Of a stretch of DNA of 57,821 bases, positions 35,001 through 48,012 are shown one piece after another. Each line of letters opens with the position of its first letter. Within the stretch, counting starts at the first letter, position 1. The stretch covers positions 1 through 57,821 of the forward strand of contig JAUCBJ010002232.1 of NCBI GenBank assembly GCA_032718475.1. The letters run 5' to 3'. The DNA comes from Nemertoderma westbladi (taxonomy: Eukaryota > Animalia > Xenacoelomorpha). The notes under the pieces are model-generated. The model did no database searches. It was not told where the DNA came from and worked only from the letters and a program-made list of their open reading frames with translations. The translations under genes and the position numbers were made by a program.

Positions 35001-35799
35001 CAGCAACTTGCAACGACGCGTCTTGTTTTCTTTTAGAAGCCTCCTCAAAGGCCGATAAGATTAGTCGGATTCGTAGAATTCTTTCTCTAACTTGATAAAG
35101 CAGCTCTCCCTGCTCTTGAAGTCCTTGGGGTTGTCGAAACAGTTGTTCCTCTAATCGCTCCATAGAGCTGAAGAATCCCTGTACGTATCCTGCTGCGGAC
35201 CTCTTCCACACAGCTGGATCGATGGTTTCTTTTGTTACTCCCATCCTGTGTATGTCTTCCCAGGCAGCTTCCGATAAGTCAAACGGGAGTCCGGGTCCAG
35301 GGAAGTTCCATTGCGACTCGACAATAGACTTCAATTCTTCCCTTATATATCCCGCATAACTATCCTTGGTCGATCGCTTACTTCTCGCCCAATCAATCTG
35401 GTGTTCCTCCACCGCAATCAATACCCTAGTGAGTACGGCTGCAGGAAGGATGAGAAGGGGATCCGAATAAACCGCATCCGCCATCTTTGCTCCGCACTCG
35501 GGTGTCAGCTCTACAGTATCTGCACTACTGGAGCTGTCGGACCACTGAGAAATAAGTTCTCGGCTCGAGTGTTGCTGCTGTTCCGCTGCTTCTTGGTCTC
35601 GCTTGACTTGAGCTCGAGTGCCGATGATAGACCTACGGTGTTGGACTAGCCTAGGGTCTGATACTACTACTGGAGGGATGATCTTTCTTACAGTAGGAGG
35701 TGAGTTGAACTTCGGTCTCACACGTTCCACACTCCTGTCTGGGTCACAGATGGTCGTATCTAGGAGACTGTCTGACAGGTTTTGCTTTGTGTCAGACAT
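32080..35799 (-). pseudogene. gag: BEL gag with a long N-terminal extension, frameshifted
   Basis: Pieces 34807-35799, 34652-34888, 33900-34616 and 32080-33878. FNGDEMKWLPF...EKLRFLIECLEG core; three Cys/His knuckles (CALC..H..C, CYNC..H..C, CAKC..HH..LH). Confidence 0.93.
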
Positions 35800-36500
35800 G
35801 TTTGTTTGTACAGTTGAATGCCTACTGCTATATTACAGTTAAAGCAAGTCTAGTAATTCAGTATCAACTGTTAGCCTAGTAATTAATTACCGATACTGCT
35901 ACTCAGTGTATCGTGATATATATATAATATATTAGAATACCGGTGTGCTTATAGTATATATATAAGTATTATTACAGACTAGATTTGTCACAGAATACCG
36001 GTATGTAATTTCAGCACAAATATATATAAATATATAATAGGCCTATCGTGAATACTGGTATACAGCTTACACTTATAGTATATATAAGTATAATTATGGA
36101 CTAGAATTAATTACAGAATACCGGTATAATTTCAGCCTAAATTTATAGAAATAAATATAATAAGCGTATTGTAAATACCGGTATATCAATTATTTTAGAA
36201 TAATTGAATTTCTGAATTTTAGGGGTTACTTGGTTACTTTCCTTTACTTTATTACCGTTATTTAAGCAGTAGTCCAACTGATATTAAGACCTAATTGTTG
36301 TATGACAGGCCTACTATTTTATAAATCGGTTTGAGTTTATTTATAATATATATATACCCGTTTAATGGGTTTTTGCCAATATTTGAAATAAATGTTATTA
36401 TTTCTGGGAAGGAGTCACTGCACAGAAGCTGTACGCTCTCAGTGAAGTGCTACTTGTTGGACACTAAAACAAATAATTCTAATTTGCCTAAGTTACTTAA

Positions 36501-38120
36501 GGGGGGGGTTCACCTCCCTTGGAGAGGAATCGGCATATCGGATGCCTGATGTTCCCACCTCATCCATTTTCTCCAATTTTTTGCACGTTAACCAAGGACA
36601 TGTGTGTCTTCAATATCATGATAAAAAAAATTCAGATATATTTGATAATCAAACTATGATATTGATTGATTGATTGGAAATATCGATTGATTTATTGATT
36701 GATTACTTAAATGCTTATAACATTTTACCACATGCATATTTTTGAAAAGTTTTTTTTATTTTTAAAGCAGCCGCCTATATGTGTAAAACTTGTAGACAGA
36801 TTTCCGAAATTTGGTCCAGTTAAAATTTTATTGGCATAATTACACCACTATTGGAAATTAATATCACATATTTTCCAATATTTCGTCGATTTTGTGATTG
36901 GCACCTTATAACTTGGGATAGAATCGAAATTTCGAAAATCTGTCTACAACTTATGAAAAGTAACATGTCTAGAAGACTGAAACCAAATTTCAGACAAAAA
37001 GGTGGAAGATTGACTGAGTTATAAGGCTTTGGAGATGAGGAAAGCCTGAAAAATAAAAAGTCGAGAAAAACGCAAAAATAGATACAAAATAGCATGACAT
37101 TTTTTTTTGATTTTTTTTTGATTTTTTTTTTTGATTTTTTTTTTAATTTGGTTCAAAAAACCCCTACCCACTTTTAACAACCTGTTAAAATAATTTTAGA
37201 GTGCTTGCCAAAAAACACTTCGCGCAGCACGTGAACAAATTACATTTTGGCGTATTGATGTGATCGCATACTATTTCGTCATTTAGTAATAAATAGTCAT
37301 GGAATAATGAGATAACCTTAAGAAACCTTCAAAATTATATAAAAATTTCCACATAATTTTATAATAAGCCTTTACACAGAACATTAAGCTTTGCGCAGCA
37401 CGTGAAACCTTCGCGCAGCACGTGAGACATTTGCGCAGCAGGTGAAGGTTTCACGTAGAACTTAAATTCATCATAAAGCACGTTAATTAATCGAGCACCT
37501 CGGAAAGCTTTTTGATCAGAATGAGAAGCCTTCACGCGGCACATGAAAAGTTCATGCTGCACATGAAGACTTCGCGCAGCACGTGAATTATTCTCAGAGC
37601 CTGCGGAATTAAAAAAAAATAAGTTTATGGTTGTTTCCCAGAATAATTATTACTAGCTATTGTTATATGATGGTTCACATTTGTTATTACTAGTAGACAA
37701 CTAGTCCATTAGACAACTGTTCAATATGTAATACAAAACGCACAAATATATATTAAATATATATTAATTAAAATTTGACGGACATGTTGACAGACAGACA
37801 GACATACAAACAGACAGACAAACTGAGAGACAGACTGAGATACAGACATAGTGATTAGATAATTCCAAATATTAAAACAGACATCGACATTAAGAAAAAT
37901 CCTAACAGTAAACATTTCAGATTGCTTATTTTATGCCCTTTTTAATATTTCGATGGACAGACAGACAGACATACAGACGGAAAACCAGCCATTACTCGAG
38001 AAGTAAAAGAGATCTCGCTAAGCCGTTTCCAGATTTGAAATCCGCATTAAATTCTACTCTAGATGAAATAAAAAAACAAAAAATGAAAATTTTAACCTGA
38101 GGGGGGGTGTACCCCCCCCC
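36501..38120. mobile_element. Non-autonomous Kolobok-type DNA transposon in the BEL 5' UTR
   Basis: TTAA on both sides. TIRs GGGGGGGGTTCACC / GGTGTACCCCCCCCC. The empty site GTAGTATTAAGTAACTT is present in BEL copy 2 (~55505-55521). Confidence 0.88.
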
Positions 38121-38759
38121 TTAATACTACAAATTACATACAATTCGGGGTGAGATTACAATCTCTAAATAAACACAAAAATTACACGTACGAATTTTTA
38201 GGGTAATTTTACAAGAAGTCTACAAACCAGCCTAACAAAGGGTTAGAATATCTGGTAATTACAAACAGACAGGATACTACGGTATTTGAAAATAACAAAG
38301 CAGTAGTAAATATACTGCGTTGTCCAGATAGGAAAAATACCACCGTCTGACGACTTATAGCCGTATCGCTATAAGTACTACGTTATGTATCACGGAGTGT
38401 TCCTACCTAGAAGTTAATTACCGCGGTCTACCAGAACCAACGTGCCTATTAACCACTTTACAACACAGATATACTGCCTACACACTAATTACCTTCGGAA
38501 AGTATTGTACACTAAACCCTAAATTAGGTACAAATACTTATACAACAAATAACTAGCAGTTAGAAATACTTGTACAGCTAACCACGGTATCTGCTGGAGT
38601 GACCGGGGCACAAAATCACCAGTCTTTACCTACGCCAAGCAGCCCTGATGTAGTACCGGGGTTAATTTAACTATAACGGTATGTATAACAAGCACAATTA
38701 CTGTAGGAATAAACTTGGGGTTGTGAATGTTGCGAATAATCGCATAAACTCTGAATAAT

Positions 38760-39335
38760 AAATATTACGCTACGCTTACAGACTACTCAAATAAAATACA
38801 CACCAAACTCTGGCAGACTACTATCAAGCCCAAACAAACTACAGTATATGCAGACTCCGAAATGGTTAGTTAGTATGCGTTCTAACCGAGTAGTACGACT
38901 TATTCTTTCAAGGGGATTTACCTCATAGCACTGGAAGCCCCTACGTTCCTAACTAGTAATTTATCGGACATACACTCTACACACACCGCAATCTCTTCAA
39001 ACTTAACAACAGCCAGACAACAATCCAGCCTACAAATTATCTAAATAAGAAATATTACGCTACCCGTACAGACTACACATACAAAATACAGACCAAACTC
39101 TGGCAGACTGCTATCAAGCCTAAACATACTACAGTATATGCAGACTCCGAAATGGTTAGTTAGTATGCGTTCTAACCGAGTAGTACGACTTATTCTTTCG
39201 AGGGGATTTACCTCACAGCACTGGAAGCCCCTACTTTCCTAACTAGTACTTTTTCGGACATACGCTCTACACACACTACAATCTCCTCAGACTTAACAAC
39301 AGGCAGACAACAGTCCAGCCTACAAATTATCTGTA
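38760..39335. repeat. ~290-bp tandem duplication in the BEL copy 1 5' UTR
   Basis: AATATTACGCTAC...CCAGCCTACAAATTATCT occurs twice. The equivalent duplication is in copy 2 at ~54325-54885. Confidence 0.88.
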
Positions 39336-39680
39336 TAATCTGGGCAGGCTTACACGCCTTCTGCTCAATATTGGCCTACAAATAAATAAAACTGACAGAA
39401 ATAGGCCTAAGTAAAATCCCAATAAAAACCAGGCGTCCCCGATTACTTATTAAGACCTACCGGTATATAATTATCAAAATCTAATAATACTGCTGTACCT
39501 GTACTGCTGGAAGTACCGGTTCGGGTAGTTAGGCAGTCAGGCCTACTGGGTACCGGTTGACCGGTACTTCAGCTTTATTGCCTACTGCAATACAGAAGCA
39601 ATAACCGTTATTGTTCTTACCAGAACAATATTAAACTGTATTTATTGCCTACACTGCAATCTGAAATCAATAACTGTTAT

Positions 39681-40852
39681 TGTTCGCGCTTTCAGACCTT
39701 TAGCAGTTTAACCTGCCAAATTTGGATGTCTTCTAGATAATAAATCGACTTTAGCCTATGACGAGTATTTGATACACTACATTAGCCGAAGCCAGTCTAT
39801 GCGGGACCATTCACCCGCTGGATATACCCGGGAGACTGGATTCGGAAGCCTAACCTTATTGCGGTGTAGGCCTACTGTATTATTCGATTGATTGTTAATA
39901 TATAATTTCTGACAAATATTATTCACTTTCGGGAAATATTAACAGTTCCTTTAGGACGTGGCACTCTAAATATTTAAACAGAGTTATGACTTACACTAGA
40001 CACAACAGGATGGCTATGGATTCACGTATATAGCGCATTCTTTAGGAGATCAGTCACAATCATATACACTACCGCACAATACTGCACACTGATCTGCCGA
40101 CCTTCACTAATTTTAGTCACATATAAAGAGAACAACAACCGACTCATGTAGTGCCTATGAAATAGCATTAGATTCACTCCAAAACCACTTTAATGTAAGT
40201 CGCAATTGTTATATGTAACCGGTCTCTCTAACCTTCAGTATATCAAGAAGATTGGGGTTTCTGATTATTGATCGATATTATCCAAGTATAACAATATTCC
40301 ATCAACTGATATAATGAATAACCGACAGTAAATAGCAGTAAAAATGCGGTGTTTGTAGTTGACAATATGATTAGGTGAGTTATGATTAGTTATGAATTGA
40401 ATTGATAACAGATATACGTTTCTATGATTAAGCCTACTAATGTTTGGCTAAAGCCTGAAAACACAGAGGTTCCAAAGCCGGTCTTCTGGCTGTGGACAAA
40501 ATACACATACTGACTCAATTCATGAGTTTCTGTATACAACCTCCAACACAGAGTCAAAAAACGCTCTGATTGGTCGACCGAACAAAGAAACGACAGAGAA
40601 CAAAGAAAAAGCTCCACGTGTACAGATCAGCTGTTAGCTGTTGTCATAGTAACTACACTGTTTCAAGAGGATTTAGCGTATTGCGACATAGAATTGCTAG
40701 TTATGTCCGCTAAATTACACATACAGAAGAAATGGCTTTTTATGTCCACTAAAACACCGGTACAGTAAGGAAATGGCTTTTGATGTCCGTTAAAACACCT
40801 ACAGAGTACTTTGCGGGAAAAATAACCAGCTAATTCCGCAAAAGCTTTTACA
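39681..40852 (-). repeat. 5' LTR of BEL copy 1
   Basis: Sense strand TGTAAAAGC...GCGCGAACA. Contains a CCAAT box (GACCAATCAG). Confidence 0.97.
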
Positions 40853-43215
40853 GGACTGTTTACCCTCAAACTCATTTACCAAGGGATTGTCTGTTAGACT
40901 GTTTACTCTCAAACTCATTTACAAAGGGATTGTCTGTTGGACTGTTTACTCTCAAACTCATTTACCAAGGGATTGTCTGTTGGACTGTTTACTCTCAAAG
41001 TCATTTACCAAGGGATTGTCTGTTGGACTGTGTACTCTCAAACTCATTTACCAAGGGATTGTCTGTTGCAATGTTTACTCTCAAACTCATTTACCAAGGG
41101 ATTGTCTGTTGGACTGTTTACCCTTAAACTCATTTACCAAGGGATTGTCTGTTGGACTGTTTACTCTCAAACTCATTTACAAAGGGATTGTCTGTTGAAC
41201 TGTTTACTCTCAAACTCATTTACAAAGGGATTGTCTGTTGGACTGTTTACTCTCAAACTCATTTACCAAGGGATTGTCTGTTGGACTGTTTACTCTCAAA
41301 CTCATTTACCAAGGGATTGTCTGTTGGACTGTTTACTCTCAAACTCATTTAAAAGGGATTGTCTGTTGGACTGTTTACTCTCAAACTCATTTACAAAGGG
41401 ATTGTCTGTTGGACTGTTTACTCTCAAACTCATTTACCAAGGGATTGTCTGTTGAACTGTGTACTCTCAAACTCATTTACCAAGGGATTGTCTGTTGCAA
41501 TGTTTACTCTCAAACTCATTCACCAAGGGATTGTCTGTTGGACTGTTTACCCTTAAACTCATTTACCAAGGGATTGTCTGTTGGACTGTTTACTCTCAAA
41601 CTCATTTACAAAGGGATTGTCTGTTGGACTGTTTACTCTCAAACTCATTTACAAAGGGATTGTCTGTTGGACTGTTTACTCTCAAACTCATTTACCAAGG
41701 GATTGTCTGTTGGACTGTTTACTCTCAAACTCATTTACAAAGGGATTGTCTGTTGGACTGTTTACTCTCAAACTCATTTACAAAGGGATTGTCTGTTGGA
41801 CTGTTTACTCTCAAACTCATTTACCAAGGGATTGTCTGTTGAACTGTTTACTCTCAAACTCATTTACCAAGGGATTGTCTGTTGGACTGTGTACTCTCAA
41901 ACTCATTTAAAAGGGATTGTCTGTTGGACTGTTTACTCTCAAACTCATTTACAAAGGGATTGTCTGTTGGACTGTTTACTCTCAAACTCATTTACCAAGG
42001 GATTGTCTGTTGGACTGTTTACTCTCAAACTCATTTACCAAGGGATTGTCTGTTGGACTGTGTACTCTCAAACTCATTTAAAAGGGATTGTCTGTTGGAC
42101 TGTTTACTCTCAAACTCATTTACAAAGGGATTGTCTGTTGGACTGTTTACTCTCAAACTCATTTACCAAGGGATTGTCTGTTGGACTGTTTACTCTCAAA
42201 CTCATTTACCAAGGGATTGTCTGTTGGACTGTTTACTCTCAAACTCATTTACCAAGGGATTGTCTGTTGGACTGTTTACTCTCAAACTCATTTACCAAGG
42301 GATTGTCTGTTGGACTGTGTACTCTCAAACTCATTTACCAAGGGATTGTCTGTTGGACTGTTTACTCTCAAACTCATTATTCAAGGGATTGTCTGTTGGA
42401 CTGTTTACTCTAAAACTCATTTACCAAGGGATTGTCTGTTGGACTGTTTACTCTCAAACTCATTTACAAAGGGATTGTCTGTTGGACTGTTTACTCTCAA
42501 ACTCATTTACCAAGGGATTGTCTGTTGGACTGTTTATTCTCAAACTCATTTACCAAGGAATTGTCTGTTGGACTGTGTACTCTCAAACTCATTTACCAAG
42601 GGATTGTCTGTTGGACTGTGTACTCTCAAACTCATTTACCAAGGGATTGTCTGTTGGACTGTTTACTCTCAAACTCATTTACAAAGGGATTGTCTGTTGG
42701 ACTGTTTACTCTCAAACTCATTTACCAAGGGATTGTCTGTTGGACTGTTTACTCTCAAACTCATTTACCAAGGGATTGTCTGTTGGACTGTGTACTATCA
42801 AACTCATTTACCAAGGGATTGTCTGTTGGACTGTTTACTCTCAAACTCATCAACCAAGGGATTGTCTGTTGGACTGTTTACTCTAAAACTCATTTACCGA
42901 GGGATTGTCTGTTGGACTGTTTACTCTCAAACTCATTTACAAAGGGATTGTCTGTTGGACTGTTTACTCTCAAACTCATTTACCAAGGGATTGTCTGTTC
43001 GACTGTTTACTCTCAAACTCATTTGCCAAGGGATTGTCTGTTGGACTGTGTACTCTCAAACTCATTTACCAAGGGATTGTCTGTTGGACTGTTTACTCTC
43101 AAACTCATTTACCAAGGGATTGTCTGTTGGACTGATACCAAGGGATTATCTGTTGGACTGTTTACTCTCAAACTCATTTACCAAGGGATTGTCTGATGGA
43201 CTGTTTACTTTCAAA
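40853..43215. repeat. 43-bp satellite array, right part (~55 units, more variable)
   Basis: Same unit as 14896-17813, resuming in phase after the TSD. Confidence 0.98.
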
Positions 43216-46099
43216 TTCAAATATTATTATAATTTCGCTATACTAATAATAATGTTACAGTAGATAAATACAGAATACTCATTTATGTATTGTATGATAG
43301 CGAAATTACTCTGCGACTTTCCCCCAATCTTTAATGGTTGAATAAACATTTTATATTAGTAATTTCTAATGATGTTAGAAATCGTCGAACCAGTACCTAC
43401 CTATAGTAGCTATTCAGTCATGTCAGTAATTAAAGATAATCAGCCCAAAAAGTGGCGGCAGGAGTAGCGAGGGATAGGTGGAATTTGTCAAAAACAGTGA
43501 CAAATCTCAGCTACAGACAAAAAAACAGTATACCACATTCAAAAATAGCCACATAAACAATGTGGGGCGATATATCAGGTGGGTTTGAAATTCAGCAATA
43601 CCGGTACCATGCAGCAATTAATAATGTGGTCTTGGAAAGTGTGGTAGGCCTATTTCACTTTCTTCAGCCATTCCAGCATTTCCAGTTTGCAGAGTTCAGA
43701 GTATTCAGTTATTCGCGACTATTCAGCCATATCATGTACCGGTACGATACCTTAATCTTATTAAACATATGTTTTACAGTACGGTACCGGTACTGTTACA
43801 GTGGTACGGTACAGAGTTACCGTTACCGTCTTCAGGTCGTTGGCGTCACCCACCAATCGGCTCGGCAAAGGCAACCATGCAGCCATGGAAGTTTTAAAAT
43901 TATGCGGACTTAAGTCTGACTGCATATTGTCAGGTTGTAACAGCTGACCTTTACTCCATGTTCCGGTATCCACTACTGCACTAGGTATAGGTACCCCAAC
44001 AGCCCAATACTGCAATACCCAGCAACATTTTGGAATTGTAACGGTACTCAAACAACTCGCCATCAAGGCCACCGCCTCTGTCTGTCGCAGTGTTGTTGGC
44101 GACCTCGACCTTTGGTATCGCTACTGCGCTAGCGCTACGGGCAAACTGGACTAACCGATGAGCGAGACCCGAGGACTGAAGAATGCATTGAATTTGTTGA
44201 ATAGTTTGACTGTGGACTTCTATGACATCGATGCCAAGCTGCCAATCCGAAAGTTTTTTTTAAAGTAAAAGTTTGGTTAAATTTTCTTAATTAGTTATTA
44301 AAATTTCTTAAGTACTGATTTTGGAATATAATTGCTCAATTTTAAACTGTATCTAATGACTGACCCTCGTCCTGCGCGATGGCCCCACGAACGATTGACA
44401 CCAATACTATTTTAAGCTTTGCTTAAAATTTATTACCCCGTAGATTGTTATTACACCATGACCTGGAATATAGTCTCGTAATTCAGTGGCTTGACCACAA
44501 CCATTATTCGTGATGCAAGGATTCTAAATATGTAACAAACACAAACTGAATTTTGTTGAAAAATAGATGAGATATGAGCGTTAAAAAGTAGCATGGTTTT
44601 GCACCTGCGCGAGGTTGTTTTATTCTATTTCTAAATACACATAATCATCTCATGGTTTTCACCTCAAACTTTGCGACAACAAATCTTTCTACCCCCCTTC
44701 AACCGAAGGGGATGCATTCCCCTTCGGTACGAAACTACACGAAATTCATATAATCAAGCTACATACGTAATAATTTATCTTTTTCTAGACGCGGCCGCAC
44801 GCCAGTTATTAAATTGCGCTGCACTTGGGGTCTAATTCGTAAGCCAGCCTGTTGGAACGGGGTATCGATTTTTTTACACTAACAGCTGGCTTATTCATTT
44901 ATGGTAAACCTACCAATGATAATAAACCATGGACAGTGAATATTGATTTATTTCTTATTCTCTCCATAGTGATCGTGCCTAAACTATTGTGCAACTCTAA
45001 ACTCATCTGTCAATTGGGGGCAAAAATATAAGCCACAACAAATGGCTCCAGTCTCTGTAATAGCCAATGGGAGTATGGAACACATTTTAACTGCACCTAT
45101 CAGCTACTGTAATTCCAATTTATCTAAAATAATAAACTATTAAAATATAACCCAAACATTTAATTAATGCCCCACTGGTAGTCTTGGAGACCAACATCAG
45201 TATTTTAACCCAAGACATCCCCCATATTTGGATAATGGTCAGCCACCCCCAACCCACATACAAAGAAACTCAAAACTTTAATATTTTAATCATTGTTCTG
45301 TTCTGATTTCTTCGTGAACTCATATCACGGTTATTCACAATAATATAATAAATTGCACCAATTCGGATTCAACAATTTCCAACAAACTGAATTTGAGTGA
45401 ATATCAACAAAGTTTATTTCACCGACTTTATTTCGTACGAATTGAATTGAATCCATCATACGGAATCTTTGTTACAGTTAATTCTACTAGGTATTGATGA
45501 AACAGAAATGAAAAACCATCATCACTACTAGATAATATAATCCCAACATGATGGTTCAAATATTTCCGATTTATTTAATGCCGATGGAATGCAGTGGTGA
45601 TTAAATTTTTTTTATATATAAGGTGCTACCATGGGAGGTGCTACCATTGGAGGTAAGGGGATTAGTACAGGCAGTTTTTATAAAGGTGCTACCATGGGAG
45701 TTAGGGAGTAGTACTGTCAATTTTTCCATACAAACTACTATTAAGCCTCGGTACACTTTTAGAACTCATCAGATTCCTTTATAGGCCAACTGTTCTTCCA
45801 TTCCAACCGGAATTTAACGGGCTTTCAGGTAGACCAATTGGTTTTTTGAATTTCATTTTTTTTTCATATATTTAGCTTATTTTTTGAAAAATGAACTTAA
45901 TATTCAAAAAAATATACCCAAATAATTTGTGTCACAAACATTAAAATCACAATTCGGTGCTTATGCGTACATAATATTTAAAACTGTAAAAATTTTAAAA
46001 TTTTAACAATTTATTTAAAAAAATTAATTATGCTAATTTATTTAAAAATGTTACGTTATTCTACGGTAGAAAATGATCCTAGTGAGAAATTTTCAAGTC

Positions 46100-46842
46100 T
46101 ATAACTCAAATGGCAGCTGAGAAACCTGTACCGAAACAATTCTAAAAAATCATTTTGAGAAAAATTCAGTTAAAATTTGAAACTTCCCGCGCAAAAACTG
46201 TCTGTTTATTATGAAATAATGTCTGTCAATATATACCTAGCAAAAAGAAAGCACAAAAACATGCTATGATTATTGCTATGGGGTTTTCATGGTCGCTGAT
46301 TTCATTTCTGAGGTCAGTTTTCACCTTTAATCAACTCTTGTTTGTCTGTATGTCTGCCTGTCGGTCTTTCTAACTATCTGACAATGTGTCCGTTAAATAT
46401 AAGAGGGGCATACAATCTAGTTAAAACTTTAGCTAGGGGGTTTTCCTGGTCGCAGAATTCATTTCGAGTGTCAGTTTTAACCTTTGATGACTTCCAAATT
46501 GTCTGTTTGGCAGTCAGTCTATCGGTTATAATTTGACGGACAGACTGGCAGGCATACAGACAGAATCGACAAGGCCAAATTTGAATATTGATATCAGAAA
46601 TGAAGCGACCGACCACAAAAACCCATATAGGGTTTTTTGCGTTTTAGAGTTTGTATTTTATTGACGGACAGACATACTGACGGACAAACCGACAGTCATT
46701 CGGACAGACATCCATATCTCGAGATGTAAGACAGATCTTGTTAAACAGTTTTAAAATTGGTAATCTTCATAAATATTTGCTCTAGATGAAACAGAAAAAA
46801 AATTTGAAAAAATATAGGATGCCCCTGAACTACTTCCCTTAA
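46100..46842. mobile_element. Terminal fragment of a Kolobok-like non-autonomous element
   Basis: Ends CTCTAGATGAAA...GAACTACTTCCC-TTAA and has GACA-rich tracts like the 36501-38120 element. No left TIR found; left boundary approximate. Confidence 0.5.
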
Positions 46843-48012
46843 GGGTCATAATGTTCTGGCACATCATGGTGGTTTAATGTTGTGACGATAATAAGCGTCA
46901 ATAAGTTAGGAATTTAACTTTAAAGAGTTATTATATTTCACAAATACAAAACACTATAGGTGTCAAAGTAATGTAAATTGATCGGTTTGAGAATAGACCC
47001 ACACCCGCCTTGGATCAGTGGTTTAATTGGTTGCCTTGTCTCCAGCCAAAGGTCGTGGGTGTGTGAGCAACAGCCCTGCATGGGGACCAGGGTGGGTTTC
47101 GTTTCGGCAAGAATTCATTAAAGGGACCAGCCATGTTAGCGCTTTAAACAGGGTTAAATACTTTATTTCAAAATTTTAACATTACTCAACACCGTTAGTA
47201 TCAACAGCGAGTTGTTATTTAGCACTTTACAACTTTAGAGGACATTACAGTATTGTATTGGCCTGTACATTTAGTACTGTATTTTGTGTTGTGATGTCCC
47301 TTGTTTATGTGGTAACCAATGACGACGGCGTGAATTTACAATCACGCCGTCATTGGTTACCACGTAAACAATAGGTTGCATTTATAATTAATTGCCTGAC
47401 AGCCAGATAGGCCTACTGCTATTAAACAGTAGCTATAAACTATTAACATGGCTCCAAATGCCACCATAAATATACTTATTTATAACATAATTTATGTCAT
47501 TTTTACATTTATTTATACAGCAACTAATTTAATTTGTGTAGTTCTATCACTTATAATGTATATATTCAATCATTTCGTAATGTTACAGTTTTGGAATAAA
47601 ACTACATACATACTTGTTGCAAAGTACTTTACAGTGCAGTGTTCTGATCCTCGTGGCTTTATTTTCACTCACTCACTAACGTTCGTTCGTGTAATAAAGC
47701 CACTCGGATCATCACACTGTAAAGTTCTACTTTACACACATGTAAATAGTTATTACGACATCCCTGTCCTTGAGCAATAGGCTGCCACTGGAGAGCCAAA
47801 GGCTCGACAGAGTCTTATGAGGAATAAATAATGCAGCCTTTTTAACGGAACATGAGAAACCAACATAAACACCAAAGTAAAACCTCATAAGATAGCATTA
47901 TGGTGTACCCCCTGTCAAGTAGGCACTTTGCTTTGATCATTTTTAAGGTCGATTTTTAAAGGATTTTTCCAGGAGAATGGCAAAAGCTAGAACGATTCTG
48001 TTTGCGTGATCT

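Larger units (their letters stand above)
17814..40852 (-). mobile_element. BEL/Pao LTR retrotransposon (copy 1): complete structure, coding-defective, with nested insertions
   Basis: TG...CA LTRs at both ends. 5-bp TSD GGACT (17809-17813 and 40853-40857). Domain order gag-PR-RT-RH-IN with Pao-type motifs. Confidence 0.97.

Noticed and set aside
47003-47160. Possible tRNA gene or SINE
   Set aside because: Only a weak A-box-like segment and no intact B box or cloverleaf. Too degenerate to call.
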